A DNA stretch of 64,000 bases, taken from assembly GCA_965216565.1 (NCBI GenBank), contig OZ244170.1:2080001-2144000 (forward strand), given 5' to 3'. Of the stretch, positions 49,701-60,220 are shown one piece after another (within the stretch, counting starts at the first letter, position 1; every line of letters starts with the position of its first letter). The DNA comes from Bythopirellula sp. (GTDB lineage Bacteria > Planctomycetota > Planctomycetia > Pirellulales > Lacipirellulaceae). The notes under the pieces were generated by a model, which did no database searches, was not told where the DNA came from, and saw only the letters and a program-made list of their open reading frames with translations. The translations under genes and the position numbers were made by a program.

Positions 49701-50371
49701 GGGGCAAGATGATTGCGAATCCTTCCTGATAGGCTCTTGTAGTCCAGGCCGTCGATACGTTTATTACTGTTCGGTTTCGGAAAAGCCAGAACGGCAATAT
49801 CCCGGTAGTAACCCAAGCGAGATTTGGGCTGAGCCAGACAAGCGTTGAAAGGTGTGCCTCCTTTATGAGTCACTTCGCTGAATACTACCCTTTGCATAGA
49901 GTGCTCAGGAGTAACCCAAGGGCCACCGCTGGAGGACCAACCTGCGGCGTTGTGAAATCCCAGTTCAAGTCCCAATCGCTTTGCTTCGTAAGCCGAGTGT
50001 TTCAACAGATCTAACCAGAGTGGGCTTAAGTAGGCGGCAGGCCCGCGAGGATCTCCCAAGTTGACATTGAATATTTGGGCTTCTTGAATGCCCACCCTCT
50101 TCATTGCCTCCAGATCCGCAGTGATTCCCTCTCTAGTGACATTTCCGTTAATCCAGTGCCACCATGTTTGTGCTTTAGCTGAAGCGGGCGGATTGTTGAA
50201 TCCTTCTACAAGTGGATCGTTCGCGTACGACAGAGAGGCAAACGCATAGAGCGTGAGGACTAAAGAAAAAACCTGCTTCTTTGAGCGATTCTTGGTTTTT
50301 ATATTGAGCATTGCAATGATCATTGCAGAGAGTTTTAACATCAGCATTTGCAATTTTTGCAGATGACCCAT
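46760..50371 (-). CDS. Glycoside hydrolase family 106 (alpha-L-rhamnosidase-like) with inserted lectin-like repeats
   Basis: TWWHWINGNVT, GWSSSGGPWVTP, GLECDK, IDSYE, MCEFW, AEAFT, FHSYVHQP and VTNLWPNRLIGD. Start uncertain (50371 or slightly later). Confidence 0.92.
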   Translation of the reverse strand: MGHLQKLQMLMLKLSAMIIAMLNIKTKNRSKKQVFSLVLTLYAFASLSYANDPLVEGFNNPPASAKAQTWWHWINGNVTREGITADLEAMKRVGIQEAQIFNVNLGDPRGPAAYLSPLWLDLLKHSAYEAKRLGLELGFHNAAGWSSSGGPWVTPEHSMQRVVFSEVTHKGGTPFNACLAQPKSRLGYYRDIAVLAFPKPNSNKRIDGLDYKSLSGRIRNHLAPDSKPIPASAVVSQLEIIDLTSRVADDGYLEWMPPPGEWVILRLGHTPTGKRNRPAAFGGHGLECDKMSREAVDAFWEGGITPIINGLGPLVGPVLKSCLIDSYEVGACNWTPNFQREFHSLSGYDCSPYLPALAGYYVESGEISERFLWDFRRTIGDLMAKNYYAYFRERCHQHGMQFSVEPYWGPFDNMQIGEAGNIVMCEFWSGDVAFFDSPKFVASIAKLNGDRIVGAEAFTGTGGWVEHPATIKSIGDKAWAQGINRFIFHSYVHQPWNVGPGLTLSYHGLEFNRLNTWWEPAEAFLDYIARSQFMLQQGQSVADVLVFTGEASPNNAMLMPEIKASGYDYDLIGANKIGSLRAEDGLVHTSAGSSYRALVLPKTSWMRPETLKKLEELVEAGVKILGPKPEKSPSLQGFPDCDEQVSQISERLWGKRLVEDVSIVEFLKSDATPPDFDVEEGTPEGLSYIHRRVDECDIYFVANSAKEGRKVLCRFRVSGKQPELWNAETGGISNAPEWKQNSDGTTSVSIQFEPEGSVLVVFRQPATSEHIVKSKVRLLQGLPMPLPNLEIMNAKYGTFLPDGLVDVTESVAEGVVENHLRTKVSRKLCDCDPAPGYKKELRIRYRVGDTVHETHAMEQETIAISSDGKGELEILRAVFGKFDDKTKSVPADSLAKDVTEEVKSMVASGTFGISVDDGLSDESADLETAKELRIVYSTDGVVQKRALAEGGMLELTRSLPASRFTSEDNEVTWETPYPGQLIYSTSSGATGTIEVETVPEPLELPGPWEVRFPNSEGETLHETYDELTSWSSSSNEKIKHFSGTATYSQQLVIPSRLIQPDIALELDLGSVRVIAEVLVNGKKLGILWKFPFRMSLEGIVHEGENDLEVRVTNLWPNRLIGDEHLSQDFERRGRAIKKWPKWLLNATHRPSDRVSFAGYKHWQKDSPLPSSGMLGPVTIQPYVRSTMTFGSVSELKNSSSKKY

Positions 50372-50405
50372 TATTGCACCCTGTCGCAGATCGACACGGG
50401 CTTCG

Positions 50406-52406
50406 CTATTCGATTCGAATGACAATCCGCGAACCCTCACGATCAAGAGACATATCTATCGTTTTTGATGCGCCTTCGTGCTCCACCGTCACTTCGTATT
50501 CGCCCAGATATCCACGGACCCGACAGTTACCATCGGAATCTGTCGTCACTATTTCATTAGTTTTCCATTGATTGGCGACCAGGTCGACGAAGACTTCACC
50601 ACAGGGCTTGAGAGTCCAATCCTTTCGCCACAAAGCGGCTGCCGGTTTCCAGTGTATTGGTTCCCAGAAGCCCCATTGGACAATCGCTTCGAAGTTGGGG
50701 TGGCTGAAAGTAGCGATCATCACATCGCGGTAGTAGTCTGCTTGTAGCTCTTCGTCGTCGCCGGCTTCGACATCGAATTCGCTCAGTTGCATTCGGGGCG
50801 CGATTTCGGCAAACTCATCGTAAACCTCCAGTAGTTCTTCGGGAGGAGTAAGCGTGGTCAAGCCGAAGTGCGCCATGAACCCGACAACATCTGGTGCCTG
50901 ATTTTGCTCGTTTAGAAAACGGATGATTTGTTTGTAAGGGTCACGCTTGTAGCCATCTGGCAGAACCTTGCCCTCATTAATTGCGTGAGTTGCGTCAGGA
51001 GCTAACCGCCTTGCCTCGGCAAGGATCTCGGCATAGATCGCGGGCCCACCGTATTCTTTCTCGTAGGTGTGTTTGCCCCAGCCGATAATGTGATTGATCG
51101 TATCCCACTCGGTGACAAACTCTGTCGTTGCAGGTAGCACATCAGCCATGTGCTCCCATAGCCATGCTCGGTGACCTTCGGGGTTGCCAATGAAGGGCTT
51201 TTCTACGGCGGTAAAATCCATCGGCGCCCAGGCAATATAATGTCCACGTGCGGCAATATTGTTGGCGTTGAGCCATGGCAGAGTGCTCTCCATTAATATC
51301 CGACGCTTGCGGCGCCAACCAGGATGTCCGCTCTTCATTCGGATCCAGTTTCCAGGGCGGAGTTCCGACTCGAAAGTGACGCGGTCAAAGTACTCTTTGA
51401 CGACCTCGCGGTACTTTTGAGCATCTTCCCACGTGACAATCACCTTGCCTTTGGGTCGGATCGGAAATTCACTCTTGTCTGCGCCAAGCACTTCGGAGTT
51501 AACGGCATTGCCAAATCCAAAGGCATGCTTCCGCATGGCTACAGTGACGGTCGCGTCGGCGACCGGGTCACCATTCTCGTTGACAGCACGGATCTGGATG
51601 TCGCCCTTGCGAATTCTCTCGATTCGCTCTAACGCTTCTCTTCGCCATGCTGCGTTCTTGGCACGTCCTTGATACATTACAGTCGACTTCGGGAGCGAGG
51701 CGGGGTTACGATCTGGGCCGTAATTGATGAGCCGTAAGTCAGCAATTTCAGCTATCTTCCCCGCTTCTCCCAGGTCGATGCGAATGCTGCTGTCAGTCTC
51801 GAAATCCTTAGAAGCAACAAACGATCGCACGTGCTGCTTCCACACTCGGTAAGCCGACAGATGATAATGGTACCCCGATTTCTGGTTTTCGGAGGTTAGT
51901 GTGAAGAAAGCGTTGTTAGGTTGCCCGCCAGCGTGGGGGCGTCGCATCCAAAAAGAAATGAGTAGGACATCATTCTTCTGAATAGGTATGTGAATGGGGA
52001 CAATCACCTGCAGATTCTTAGGATCGCTGAATCGCGTGTCCGACTCTATGCGATAGATCTGCTGGAAAGGCATCCCTTTGATAGCTACCCACCGGGCTTT
52101 GGCCTCGACATTCTTATTCCTCAATTGCAGGGCTTCATTTTGATTGAACTCGACTAGATCTTTACCACCTTGCGGCGGGATGATCGTCTCCACACCGAAT
52201 GCGAGGCCTAGCTGTAAGTAAAGCAGCACAACAAATGCTATGAGCTTCGAGATCTCGCGAGAGAAGGAGAGGCCTTGTTCAAGTTGTCTAAAGAATCTAT
52301 CGACGGACATGGAAAGGCAATTCGATGTGCAAGTACTTTCGAGACGTGGGACAATACATGTTGCTGAGGCGAGGCTACTATTACTTCTTGATTCTTGCTT
52401 TCTCAA
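50406..52406 (-). CDS. GH10-like glycoside hydrolase with N-terminal CBM-like domain; acid/base Glu replaced by His
   Basis: IERIRKGD, H.FGFG.AV, FESELRP, RGHYIAW, WDTINH, INE, GFMAHF, LSEFDV and WGFWE. The true start is probably ~30-50 codons downstream. Confidence 0.85.
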   Translation of the reverse strand: MRKQESRSNSSLASATCIVPRLESTCTSNCLSMSVDRFFRQLEQGLSFSREISKLIAFVVLLYLQLGLAFGVETIIPPQGGKDLVEFNQNEALQLRNKNVEAKARWVAIKGMPFQQIYRIESDTRFSDPKNLQVIVPIHIPIQKNDVLLISFWMRRPHAGGQPNNAFFTLTSENQKSGYHYHLSAYRVWKQHVRSFVASKDFETDSSIRIDLGEAGKIAEIADLRLINYGPDRNPASLPKSTVMYQGRAKNAAWRREALERIERIRKGDIQIRAVNENGDPVADATVTVAMRKHAFGFGNAVNSEVLGADKSEFPIRPKGKVIVTWEDAQKYREVVKEYFDRVTFESELRPGNWIRMKSGHPGWRRKRRILMESTLPWLNANNIAARGHYIAWAPMDFTAVEKPFIGNPEGHRAWLWEHMADVLPATTEFVTEWDTINHIIGWGKHTYEKEYGGPAIYAEILAEARRLAPDATHAINEGKVLPDGYKRDPYKQIIRFLNEQNQAPDVVGFMAHFGLTTLTPPEELLEVYDEFAEIAPRMQLSEFDVEAGDDEELQADYYRDVMIATFSHPNFEAIVQWGFWEPIHWKPAAALWRKDWTLKPCGEVFVDLVANQWKTNEIVTTDSDGNCRVRGYLGEYEVTVEHEGASKTIDMSLDREGSRIVIRIE

Positions 52407-53832
52407 TTCGCTGAGGGGAGTTGAGCTGTTTCGAAAGGCTAGAAATCAAGTCCGCATGACTGGGTTCGTCGACAAGGTTACGTCGGGCGATTTGTGAATC
52501 GAGGTGATCGTAGAGTTCTCTTCCCACTACTTTCTGGGTGTCGTGATTGATCCACTCGGTATAACGCCAGCGACTTGTACGCATGCTGTATCCCATGTTG
52601 ATGCCCCGCGGATACTGGCTTAGCGCGTAGGTCCGTGGCGTTTTGCTAGGGTCTCTGAGCGTGTCCTGGAGACTTCTTCCCTCGCAGGATGCTGGAATCT
52701 CTCCTCCAGTGAGTTTCGCCAAAGTTGGGAACACGTCGATCATCTCAACCAAAGCTTCCGAGCGTTCTTCTTGGGCATACCCTGGCGCGGAGATGATCAA
52801 AGGCACCCGAGTATCCAATTCGAGATTTGTGTGTTTACACCACAAACCATAATCACCAAGCTTGTATCCATGATCGCCCCATAGAATGACGATTGTGTTG
52901 TCGCGCAAATCGAGTCGATCGAGTTCAGCCATCACTCTTCCGACCTGAGCATCAGCGTAACTCACGCAAGCAGCATAGCCGTGCATCAGTTCCTGAGTTT
53001 GCTCGTCACCCAGAGGGCCCTCTTTTGGTATTCCAAGATACGATCTCAATTCACCCCACTTCGTAAACGCAAATCGAGGGGCTCCCTGCGGAAGAGTTCG
53101 CTGAGGAACGTCGAATTGTTCTCGCTGATACATGTCCCAGTAACACTTTGGGGCTGCAAAAGGCAAGTGCGGTTTTGCAAAACCAACGCACATGAAAAAC
53201 GGCTCTTCCCCGACTTGTTTCAGTGCATTGATCGCCTGTGCTGCAACTGCCCCATCTCTATAGGCATCGTCTTCCACGTCGGCCGATTCTACTGCCGGAC
53301 CCTTTGTTGCTGAGGACAGGGCTACCCGCCTAAGGCCTTTGGCTCTCGCTTCTTTTCTTCGTTGGGCAATCGATTCCAAGACGGCCGGATCTGCGTACTT
53401 TTCACCTGGCATATCAGGTAGGTGCGACCAGTACGTCCGATCGTCGATATGGTGATGGTATACTTTTCCAAATGATGAGGTTTCATAACCTCTTTCATAG
53501 AAGTATCGAGGCATACTCATTGCATCGGGGACCGTGCGACGGAGCGGAGACCACAGATCGTGGATCCCTATCGTGTCGGGGTATTGCCCCGTCATCATGC
53601 TGATTCGCGAAGGCGCGCAGATCGCCTGTTGGCAATACGCTCGTTCAAAGAGTAGGCCTTCTGATGCCAGAGCATCAATGTTCGGACTCTCGATATGTTC
53701 CTGACCGTAACAGCCCAATTCTGGCCTTAGGTCGTCGATGAAGAATATCAGTACATTCGTGTTCTCGCTTGCTTTCGCAACGAGAGACGAAAACGATAGC
53801 GCTAGACTAAACAGGAACGGTAAGTATTTCAT
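52381..53832 (-). CDS. Sulfatase (S1, iduronate-2-sulfatase/S1_7-like)
   Basis: NVLIFFIDDLRPEL, CAPSR..MTG, GKVYH, GFAKPHLPF and WGDHGYKLGDYG.WCKH. Confidence 0.93.
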   Translation of the reverse strand: MKYLPFLFSLALSFSSLVAKASENTNVLIFFIDDLRPELGCYGQEHIESPNIDALASEGLLFERAYCQQAICAPSRISMMTGQYPDTIGIHDLWSPLRRTVPDAMSMPRYFYERGYETSSFGKVYHHHIDDRTYWSHLPDMPGEKYADPAVLESIAQRRKEARAKGLRRVALSSATKGPAVESADVEDDAYRDGAVAAQAINALKQVGEEPFFMCVGFAKPHLPFAAPKCYWDMYQREQFDVPQRTLPQGAPRFAFTKWGELRSYLGIPKEGPLGDEQTQELMHGYAACVSYADAQVGRVMAELDRLDLRDNTIVILWGDHGYKLGDYGLWCKHTNLELDTRVPLIISAPGYAQEERSEALVEMIDVFPTLAKLTGGEIPASCEGRSLQDTLRDPSKTPRTYALSQYPRGINMGYSMRTSRWRYTEWINHDTQKVVGRELYDHLDSQIARRNLVDEPSHADLISSLSKQLNSPQRIEKARIKK

Positions 53833-54255
53833 GCCTTTGACAATCCTTCGCGGTGGTCACATCTCACAATCAGTGGGTACTAATGAGTCTCCTAAGGACT
53901 ACAGGAGTGGGGAGTATGCTTGCCGTTCGCCCAGAATTACGTCCGTCAAACCCTTCCTGGCCCTCCCTCCAGGTTGCATTTGCCCGCAAAGGCGACAAAG
54001 AAACCACGACAACTCTACCACTTCCGCTTCACTCGAGATTGGACATGAAATTTGAGTGAGATACGATGATTCGATGATCCGGCCTAGATTGGGTCGGGAT
54101 CTGACGAGCGACGCCATTCAGCCATCGTTGAGTCGATGCTGGTCGTTAGAAAACTCTTAGCCGGTTCCCAACGGGACATGCACCCTATTCTGACGCCTGA
54201 CATAGAGCCGAGTGCAATTGAGCCACTGCCAATTGACCACAACAGGTTGATAGAA

Positions 54256-55752
54256 CTATTGCGGTTCCTGCTGCGTTTGATTGACCTCGACCGATGCGGG
54301 TAGAGTAATAGTTTCTGTAATGCGGTAGTCCACCACCCGCAGGGGCGAGGGTATTCCATCAACGGGGCCAGATTGTGTGGTTCGGATTTCTGTTACAGGT
54401 TCTGCTTGGCTGTAGACAGACAGTATCTTATCACTCTCCCATCTCCTGAGGTCAAGAACTGCATCGCCATAGTTGGAATGCCGATGGGGAAGATTCAAAC
54501 TCTTCCATCGCCAACCATTATCGTTGCGACGAGGACGCCCTGTTGCAACAAGCAGCTCGCCTTCGCAGCTGTAGACAAGAACTAATGTACGGGCCTGCGA
54601 TCCGATTATCTTGGGTCGATCTCCTGTTAGCGGCAGAACCTCACGGTGCCACGTGCCTTCGCTAGTCCGCCAGTAGTGCTGATAATTGCTTTTTTTAGTG
54701 CCCTCCAAAAAATGGCGCATCAGTACATGAACACTCCCATCGGCATAGGCATAGTGAGTGTTAGAATTGGTGAGACCATGGTTTGTGGGGATGGGCGCAA
54801 CTACAAGACCAGGAGAATTGAGATGGATAGGATCTCGACCAGTCTTTCCGATGAGCTTTCCTGCCGAGTTGTGCCACGTACGCCCATGGTCATTGCTATA
54901 GGCGTAGCACAAATCGTGTTGGTTGCGAACATTTGTCTTCTCGAAACGGTCTCTCCAAACCCAAGACGCATGGAGCCGCTGCCCCGCGTAGGATAGAGAA
55001 TTCATATAGGGGTTACGATAAAGACTTGTTTTACCGTTGGCTTTGTAAGTTCCAATATCTCGCGCAATGAATTTACCCAAACCGGCTGTCCAGTCGTGCT
55101 TGTTCCCATCATATTCCTCAATCATCCCATCTCCATTTCCCGAAGTGACCGCGCGGTAGTAGAACATGAGGTTTCCGTTGGAAGCTGGAAAAAACCTTGG
55201 ATAGGTAACCTGGTCGTCAGGCACAACCGATCCGAGCGTATGCTTGATCGGACTGAAAAGTTCAGCATTCCATTCTACGGATTCAGGATGATGAGCGGCT
55301 TCCAATTCTGAGACGCGATAGTTCAACCGGGAAGCATGATGATCAAAGGCCATGTGGATCGTACCGTCCTTGTCGCAAATGCCGAGGACCGCGGTATTGT
55401 GCGAATCGTTGGACTCAAATTTGTGGTCGTCAAAGTGGATGACCTCCCACGCCCCACTTGGAAGCTTCCTGCGGCCAATGCAAACACGTCTTTTAGCATC
55501 GAAATAGGTTACATACTGAAACCCACCATAAGTTGTCAGTGAAGTTTGCTGATGGGTTCGCCCATTGGCCGTCCTCGAGAAACGTGTCGACTGCCCCTCC
55601 GCAAAGGTAAGGGTTCTACTTTCAACGGTAGTTTCTCCAATCAGCTCAATTTTCTGCGCAGGAGATTGCGAAGGAGCGAATGCTATCATCGCTCCCAAAA
55701 GGAAGCAGCACAATCCAACGCCATCGAGTCTAATAATTTGGTCAACTGACAT
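54256..55752 (-). CDS. Secreted BNR_4 beta-propeller protein (PL24/PL42/GH145-like), no anchor
   Basis: FQYVTYF, DSHNTAVLGIC..DGTIHMAFDHH, VTYPRF, YR..TSGNG, WVWRD and NQHDLCYAYSNDHGRTW. Confidence 0.85.
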   Translation of the reverse strand: MSVDQIIRLDGVGLCCFLLGAMIAFAPSQSPAQKIELIGETTVESRTLTFAEGQSTRFSRTANGRTHQQTSLTTYGGFQYVTYFDAKRRVCIGRRKLPSGAWEVIHFDDHKFESNDSHNTAVLGICDKDGTIHMAFDHHASRLNYRVSELEAAHHPESVEWNAELFSPIKHTLGSVVPDDQVTYPRFFPASNGNLMFYYRAVTSGNGDGMIEEYDGNKHDWTAGLGKFIARDIGTYKANGKTSLYRNPYMNSLSYAGQRLHASWVWRDRFEKTNVRNQHDLCYAYSNDHGRTWHNSAGKLIGKTGRDPIHLNSPGLVVAPIPTNHGLTNSNTHYAYADGSVHVLMRHFLEGTKKSNYQHYWRTSEGTWHREVLPLTGDRPKIIGSQARTLVLVYSCEGELLVATGRPRRNDNGWRWKSLNLPHRHSNYGDAVLDLRRWESDKILSVYSQAEPVTEIRTTQSGPVDGIPSPLRVVDYRITETITLPASVEVNQTQQEPQ

Positions 55753-55865
55753 AATAGTTATAAAGAACGTGTAGGTCTGAGTTCATCGGAAGTAGCTAAT
55801 TCTTCACCAAAGACGACACAATCTAACACACCACGCAGGTGCTCCAGCCCCGATTCACCAATGAA

Positions 55866-58736
55866 TCATCTCACGGTGAAGTGGTAAATCCCTGATCCGG
55901 CTTCGTATTTCAACCAGTGGCGATGATGTGCAAAGATTGGAACAGCGTTCTCTTGGATTTTTCTCTCATCTTCCATGACTTCGTCCTCCGGCGATTTGGG
56001 GATAAAGATCGTTGCAGTTGTATTGGCGGGAACTTCCACATCCCATAAAAACGCGGCACCGGTATTTCTCCATTCACTGCGAATTTTGCCGTAGGGCGAT
56101 TCGACGCTTGTTTTTACCCACTCGAGTTGATCCGTCAGCTGCGGCTTCAGGTAGAAATGCTTGTATCCGGCAGCCTGCTCATCTGGCCGGACGCCGCCAA
56201 GAGACTCATGCATGAATGCCGCAAAGCCGCCATTCATGGGATGATTAAACGAATTGCTGAACCTCCTCTTCTTCCACTCAAACCGACGCTCTGGCCAAGT
56301 GGATAAACCACAGCTGAGGACGTAGCCAGGGCTTGGAAACGTGGTGTCCGTTAGCATTTGAAAGGCCAGATCATCCTGGCCATGGTCGGCCAACACAGTA
56401 TAAAGATGTCGCAATCCATGAATACCACACGAGTGGTGTCCCTCATGCAGCTCATTGATGTCATACAGCAAACCGGACACTTTGTTCGTACTATCCGCGG
56501 CAGCAACCATTCCTAACTTGAGGGCCATCACTGTAGCCGTTTGGCTTCCGAAATGTTCGAACTTTGTGCCCTCCAGAGGTTTGGCATAAACCTCATTAAA
56601 AGCCGTAAGGACCTCTTCCGCCTCGTCCACACACCACTCGCTATACTCCATGTCGCCAAGGATGCGTGCCATTTCGCTGACGATTTGTAATGCTTGGTAA
56701 TAAAACGCTGTTCCAGAAACGTGAGGATGACATTCCATATGCTCGGGAGCATTTTTCCTATCCCAGCGAGGTGGGCACCAATCGCCCAATCCATCTTCTA
56801 TGACGCCAAGTTCGTTTTTGAAGGACCCGTAATACTTGATGGAATTCTTGATGTTGTCATAGTGTGGCTTGAATGCCTCAACGTCACCCGTGTGCACGTA
56901 CAGTCTCCACGGCAGTATCACATAGGCAACACCCCAATCGATATTGGCAACTCGGTTTGCGCGATGCCCAGGGGCTACCATTGTCGGAACTCCCACACTG
57001 TTTGGAATTATTCTGCGCACTCGTTTGTCCACCCGCAGACTATCCTCGATGTCGCGCAAGTATTTTAAGTAAAATCTTGCCATGTCGTAGTTGTAGAGAC
57101 TGAGGTCTGCAGTAGCGTGGGCGTCTCCCAGCCAGCCACATTTTTCACGGTGGGGGCAATCTTCTGGAAGGGAATGCCAGTTGCCTTCGAGGCTCAGCAA
57201 GCTGGCCTCGTATTGTCTATTGAGTAAGTCATTGGAAGAAGAAAAGGTACCTGTTCTTTCGACATCGCTTCGCACGAAGACAGCTTGTACATCATCCATA
57301 TGGGGTGCTTTATCTAACCCACTAATTTCCGCATATTGAAATCCGGAGTAGGTGAATCGAGGCGACCATGTCTCGGAGCCACTCCCCTTACATATGTAGT
57401 AGAGCTCATGCGGACTGCCCGGGGCTCCGCCAAAAGTGACTTGGTCGGCACGCTTGGTGTCCTTCGTGAGCACCTCTGCTGGGAAGATCTTTAGGACGTC
57501 GCCTTCGTCTTGATTCACACTCAAACGAATCCATCCAGAAATGTTCTTACCAAAGTCAAAGAGGTATGTGTCAGATTCAACTTTTCGAACATCCACCGGT
57601 GTAAGCCGCTCAACTTCCTTAATAGGTGGCAGCATTTGTGGACGTAATCGGTCATCTGGACAAGGAGGCGGAAGCTGCACGGCCGGCTGCCAATCCGAAT
57701 CGTCGAAGCCTGGCATAGTCCAATCAGGAATTTCCAGACGTGCATCGTATGTTTCGCCCCAATAGACGTTGTCGAATACGACAGGGCTGACGCATGTCTT
57801 CCAGTTAGTGTCCGTTGCAAATTCTTGCGAGCTGCCGTCGGCGTAGTCAATAAACAGCTTCAATCGCACCCTTGGTTGTCCATAGCCAAACTTCGTATTG
57901 AATGCGAGGTTCTGGCCATAGAAACCGTTCCCTAACCATATGCCCAGGGCGTTTTCGCCGAGTTTCAGATTGTGTGTAACATCGTGCGCTACATAGAGCG
58001 TGTGCTTCTGATAGTTAGTTTGGCCTGGATCCAATACATGGTCACCAATCTTGTTTCCGTTGATGTAAAACTCAGAATATCCTATACCGCTGACATAAGC
58101 TCTGGCCCTGCGCACCTCTTTGCTTATGGAAATTTTTTTTCGGAGCAACGGGGACGGATGGGGACTCAGCTGCTCGTTTAGTGCATGATGGGCGCGAGTG
58201 GAGAATTCGTGGTCACGCGTTTCTGGCTTCAAGCCGATCCACTGAGATTCAGACCAGTCGTTGGGCTTCAGAAGAGCCATCTCCCAACTTGCGACATCGG
58301 ACCAGTTGCTTCTATGGCCCTGGTTGTCAGAAATCTGTACTTTCCAGTAGCAAGTTTGTCGGCTGCGCAGTTCTCGGCCTTGATAGGGAATTAAGACCGA
58401 TTGGTGGGATATCATCTGACCGCTATCCCACAGGTCAGCCTGGTTACGGAGAAGCATCTCCGGGGTACTTGCAACCAAAATACGATAAGAGTGCTGCAAC
58501 ACCCCCTTCGCCTTGGAATTCTGGACTCGAATCTTCCAGCTTAGCCTCGGATGCTTGGTGTCTAACTGAGTCGGGTTGCGAAGATGATCGACCCGCAGAT
58601 CATACAGTTGGATGGCATTGCTATTCTCATTATTGGCAGCGACTGCTCCAGTCGAGAATAGAGCAACAAGAAGCAGGGGGATATTTCTCATATTGCAAAC
58701 AGATAACGCAATCAACTGAATAACTCTCACGCTCAA
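55866..58736 (-). CDS. Glycoside hydrolase family 78 alpha-L-rhamnosidase
   Basis: PRLSW, DLWDSG, ARAYVSGIG...NG, FDFGKN.SG, FTYSGFQY, DCPHREKCGWLGD, SFNHPM and SPYGKI.S.W. Confidence 0.93.
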   Translation of the reverse strand: MSVRVIQLIALSVCNMRNIPLLLVALFSTGAVAANNENSNAIQLYDLRVDHLRNPTQLDTKHPRLSWKIRVQNSKAKGVLQHSYRILVASTPEMLLRNQADLWDSGQMISHQSVLIPYQGRELRSRQTCYWKVQISDNQGHRSNWSDVASWEMALLKPNDWSESQWIGLKPETRDHEFSTRAHHALNEQLSPHPSPLLRKKISISKEVRRARAYVSGIGYSEFYINGNKIGDHVLDPGQTNYQKHTLYVAHDVTHNLKLGENALGIWLGNGFYGQNLAFNTKFGYGQPRVRLKLFIDYADGSSQEFATDTNWKTCVSPVVFDNVYWGETYDARLEIPDWTMPGFDDSDWQPAVQLPPPCPDDRLRPQMLPPIKEVERLTPVDVRKVESDTYLFDFGKNISGWIRLSVNQDEGDVLKIFPAEVLTKDTKRADQVTFGGAPGSPHELYYICKGSGSETWSPRFTYSGFQYAEISGLDKAPHMDDVQAVFVRSDVERTGTFSSSNDLLNRQYEASLLSLEGNWHSLPEDCPHREKCGWLGDAHATADLSLYNYDMARFYLKYLRDIEDSLRVDKRVRRIIPNSVGVPTMVAPGHRANRVANIDWGVAYVILPWRLYVHTGDVEAFKPHYDNIKNSIKYYGSFKNELGVIEDGLGDWCPPRWDRKNAPEHMECHPHVSGTAFYYQALQIVSEMARILGDMEYSEWCVDEAEEVLTAFNEVYAKPLEGTKFEHFGSQTATVMALKLGMVAAADSTNKVSGLLYDINELHEGHHSCGIHGLRHLYTVLADHGQDDLAFQMLTDTTFPSPGYVLSCGLSTWPERRFEWKKRRFSNSFNHPMNGGFAAFMHESLGGVRPDEQAAGYKHFYLKPQLTDQLEWVKTSVESPYGKIRSEWRNTGAAFLWDVEVPANTTATIFIPKSPEDEVMEDERKIQENAVPIFAHHRHWLKYEAGSGIYHFTVR

Positions 58737-58809
58737 TCGATAGAGGCTGGCAGTATTACCTAAAGAGCTAAACGACCCGATTGCAGGAAAGCCCCCTATC
58801 TACATAGCC

Positions 58810-60195
58810 TCAATTCGCTGCCGTCTTTAGCTCCTGGAATTTGTTTCTCATCTCAAGGAGTTTCGCTGCATATGCGGGGTCGCTTGCCAGATCATTCTCT
58901 TCCAACGGGTCGGCCCTGAGATCGAAAAGTTGTTCATAGTCGAATTCAGGCCAGTAAAAGTACTTCCAGTCCTTCCGCACCAGCGCTTCCGAGGCGGGAA
59001 TGAAGTCTGTCCTTTTTAGCATTGGATGCTCGTAGAAAAACTCGTCTCGCCATTTCGGCTTTTCCTCTGCTAGATACAACGGGCTAAGATTCTCTCCTTG
59101 CATCGATTCTGGAGCATCAACCCGAGCCGCTGCCAGGATTGTGGGCGCGAGGTCGACATTGAGAGTAATATCTTCGTTCACGTCACCTTTTACATTCGTG
59201 TCCATTCGTGGATCTCGGACGATTAACGGAACCCGAATACTCTCCTGGTGCGGATACCACTTATCAGCCAAACCGTGCTCAGCGTGATAATACCCATTGT
59301 CGGTAGTGAATATGACCAATGTGTTGTCATCGAGTCCCTGGCTTGTCAATTCCGCTAGAATTTTTTCGCATGTCGAATCGACTTCCGTAGCCAAGCGAAA
59401 GTAATTCTTCATCATGGTCTGGTATTTCTCTGGCGTATCAAATCTCCAGTGCCAACGGTTGCGTCCTTCGTTTTTCTCGTTACCCACGAAATCTGGTAAT
59501 CGCTCAAACGATTCCTGCGTAGCGCTAGCTGCAACCGGAATGGTTGTATCTTCATACAGTTTCATGCTCTCGGGTTGAGGAAGAAACTGGAGTGGATTCT
59601 TGTCCTCCGCATGTGTCGCGAAGAAGGCAACCGTCAGGCAAAACGGCTTATCGACCGGCCGATTCTTCAAGAACTCTAAAGCATCCTTCTCGTTCTTCTG
59701 GGTGACATGGATTTTCGAGCCATCTGGCTGCTCCATCCAGTGGGTCCCGGAATAGGCACGTGCAAAGTCGAAGTGTTCTTCAGGAATCTTACCGTTATGC
59801 CACTTGCCGACATGACCCACGTAATAGCCGTTTTCTCGAAGCAGCCCTGGATAGGTTTCTGACCAGGGAGTCTTCCACATCCGAAAAGATCGGCATCCAT
59901 GGCGCGCCATCCACTGGCCCGTGAATAGCGTTGCACGGCTGACACAGCAAATTGAGGTCGAGACATAATTGTGAGCAAAACGCACTCCCTGGCTCGCTAA
60001 GCGATCAAGTGTTGGCGTTTGCACAACCGGATTACCTGCGACACCAAGAGTGTCGTATCGCCAATCGTCAGCGTAGAGCACCAGGATGTTCAGTCGGCCA
60101 GCATCACCGGCGGCCGATGCGGCGTTCGATGAGCCAAGTAGGAGCCCAGCATGTAGCAGGCATGCCAAGGCAATAAGTGTGAAATTGTATTTCAT
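58810..60195 (-). CDS. Sulfatase (S1)
   Basis: [26 protein letters not shown]...EHGLADKW and ESIRVPLI. Confidence 0.93.
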   Translation of the reverse strand: MKYNFTLIALACLLHAGLLLGSSNAASAAGDAGRLNILVLYADDWRYDTLGVAGNPVVQTPTLDRLASQGVRFAHNYVSTSICCVSRATLFTGQWMARHGCRSFRMWKTPWSETYPGLLRENGYYVGHVGKWHNGKIPEEHFDFARAYSGTHWMEQPDGSKIHVTQKNEKDALEFLKNRPVDKPFCLTVAFFATHAEDKNPLQFLPQPESMKLYEDTTIPVAASATQESFERLPDFVGNEKNEGRNRWHWRFDTPEKYQTMMKNYFRLATEVDSTCEKILAELTSQGLDDNTLVIFTTDNGYYHAEHGLADKWYPHQESIRVPLIVRDPRMDTNVKGDVNEDITLNVDLAPTILAAARVDAPESMQGENLSPLYLAEEKPKWRDEFFYEHPMLKRTDFIPASEALVRKDWKYFYWPEFDYEQLFDLRADPLEENDLASDPAYAAKLLEMRNKFQELKTAAN

Positions 60196-60220
60196 TAGAT
60201 TCCCTGACGATGCATTGAGA

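Noticed and set aside
53840..54250. Small ORFs in the 400-bp gap between the sulfatase and the BNR_4 gene
   Set aside because: No recognisable motif, RBS or signal peptide; treated as intergenic apart from the possible degenerate promoter at 54019-54045.
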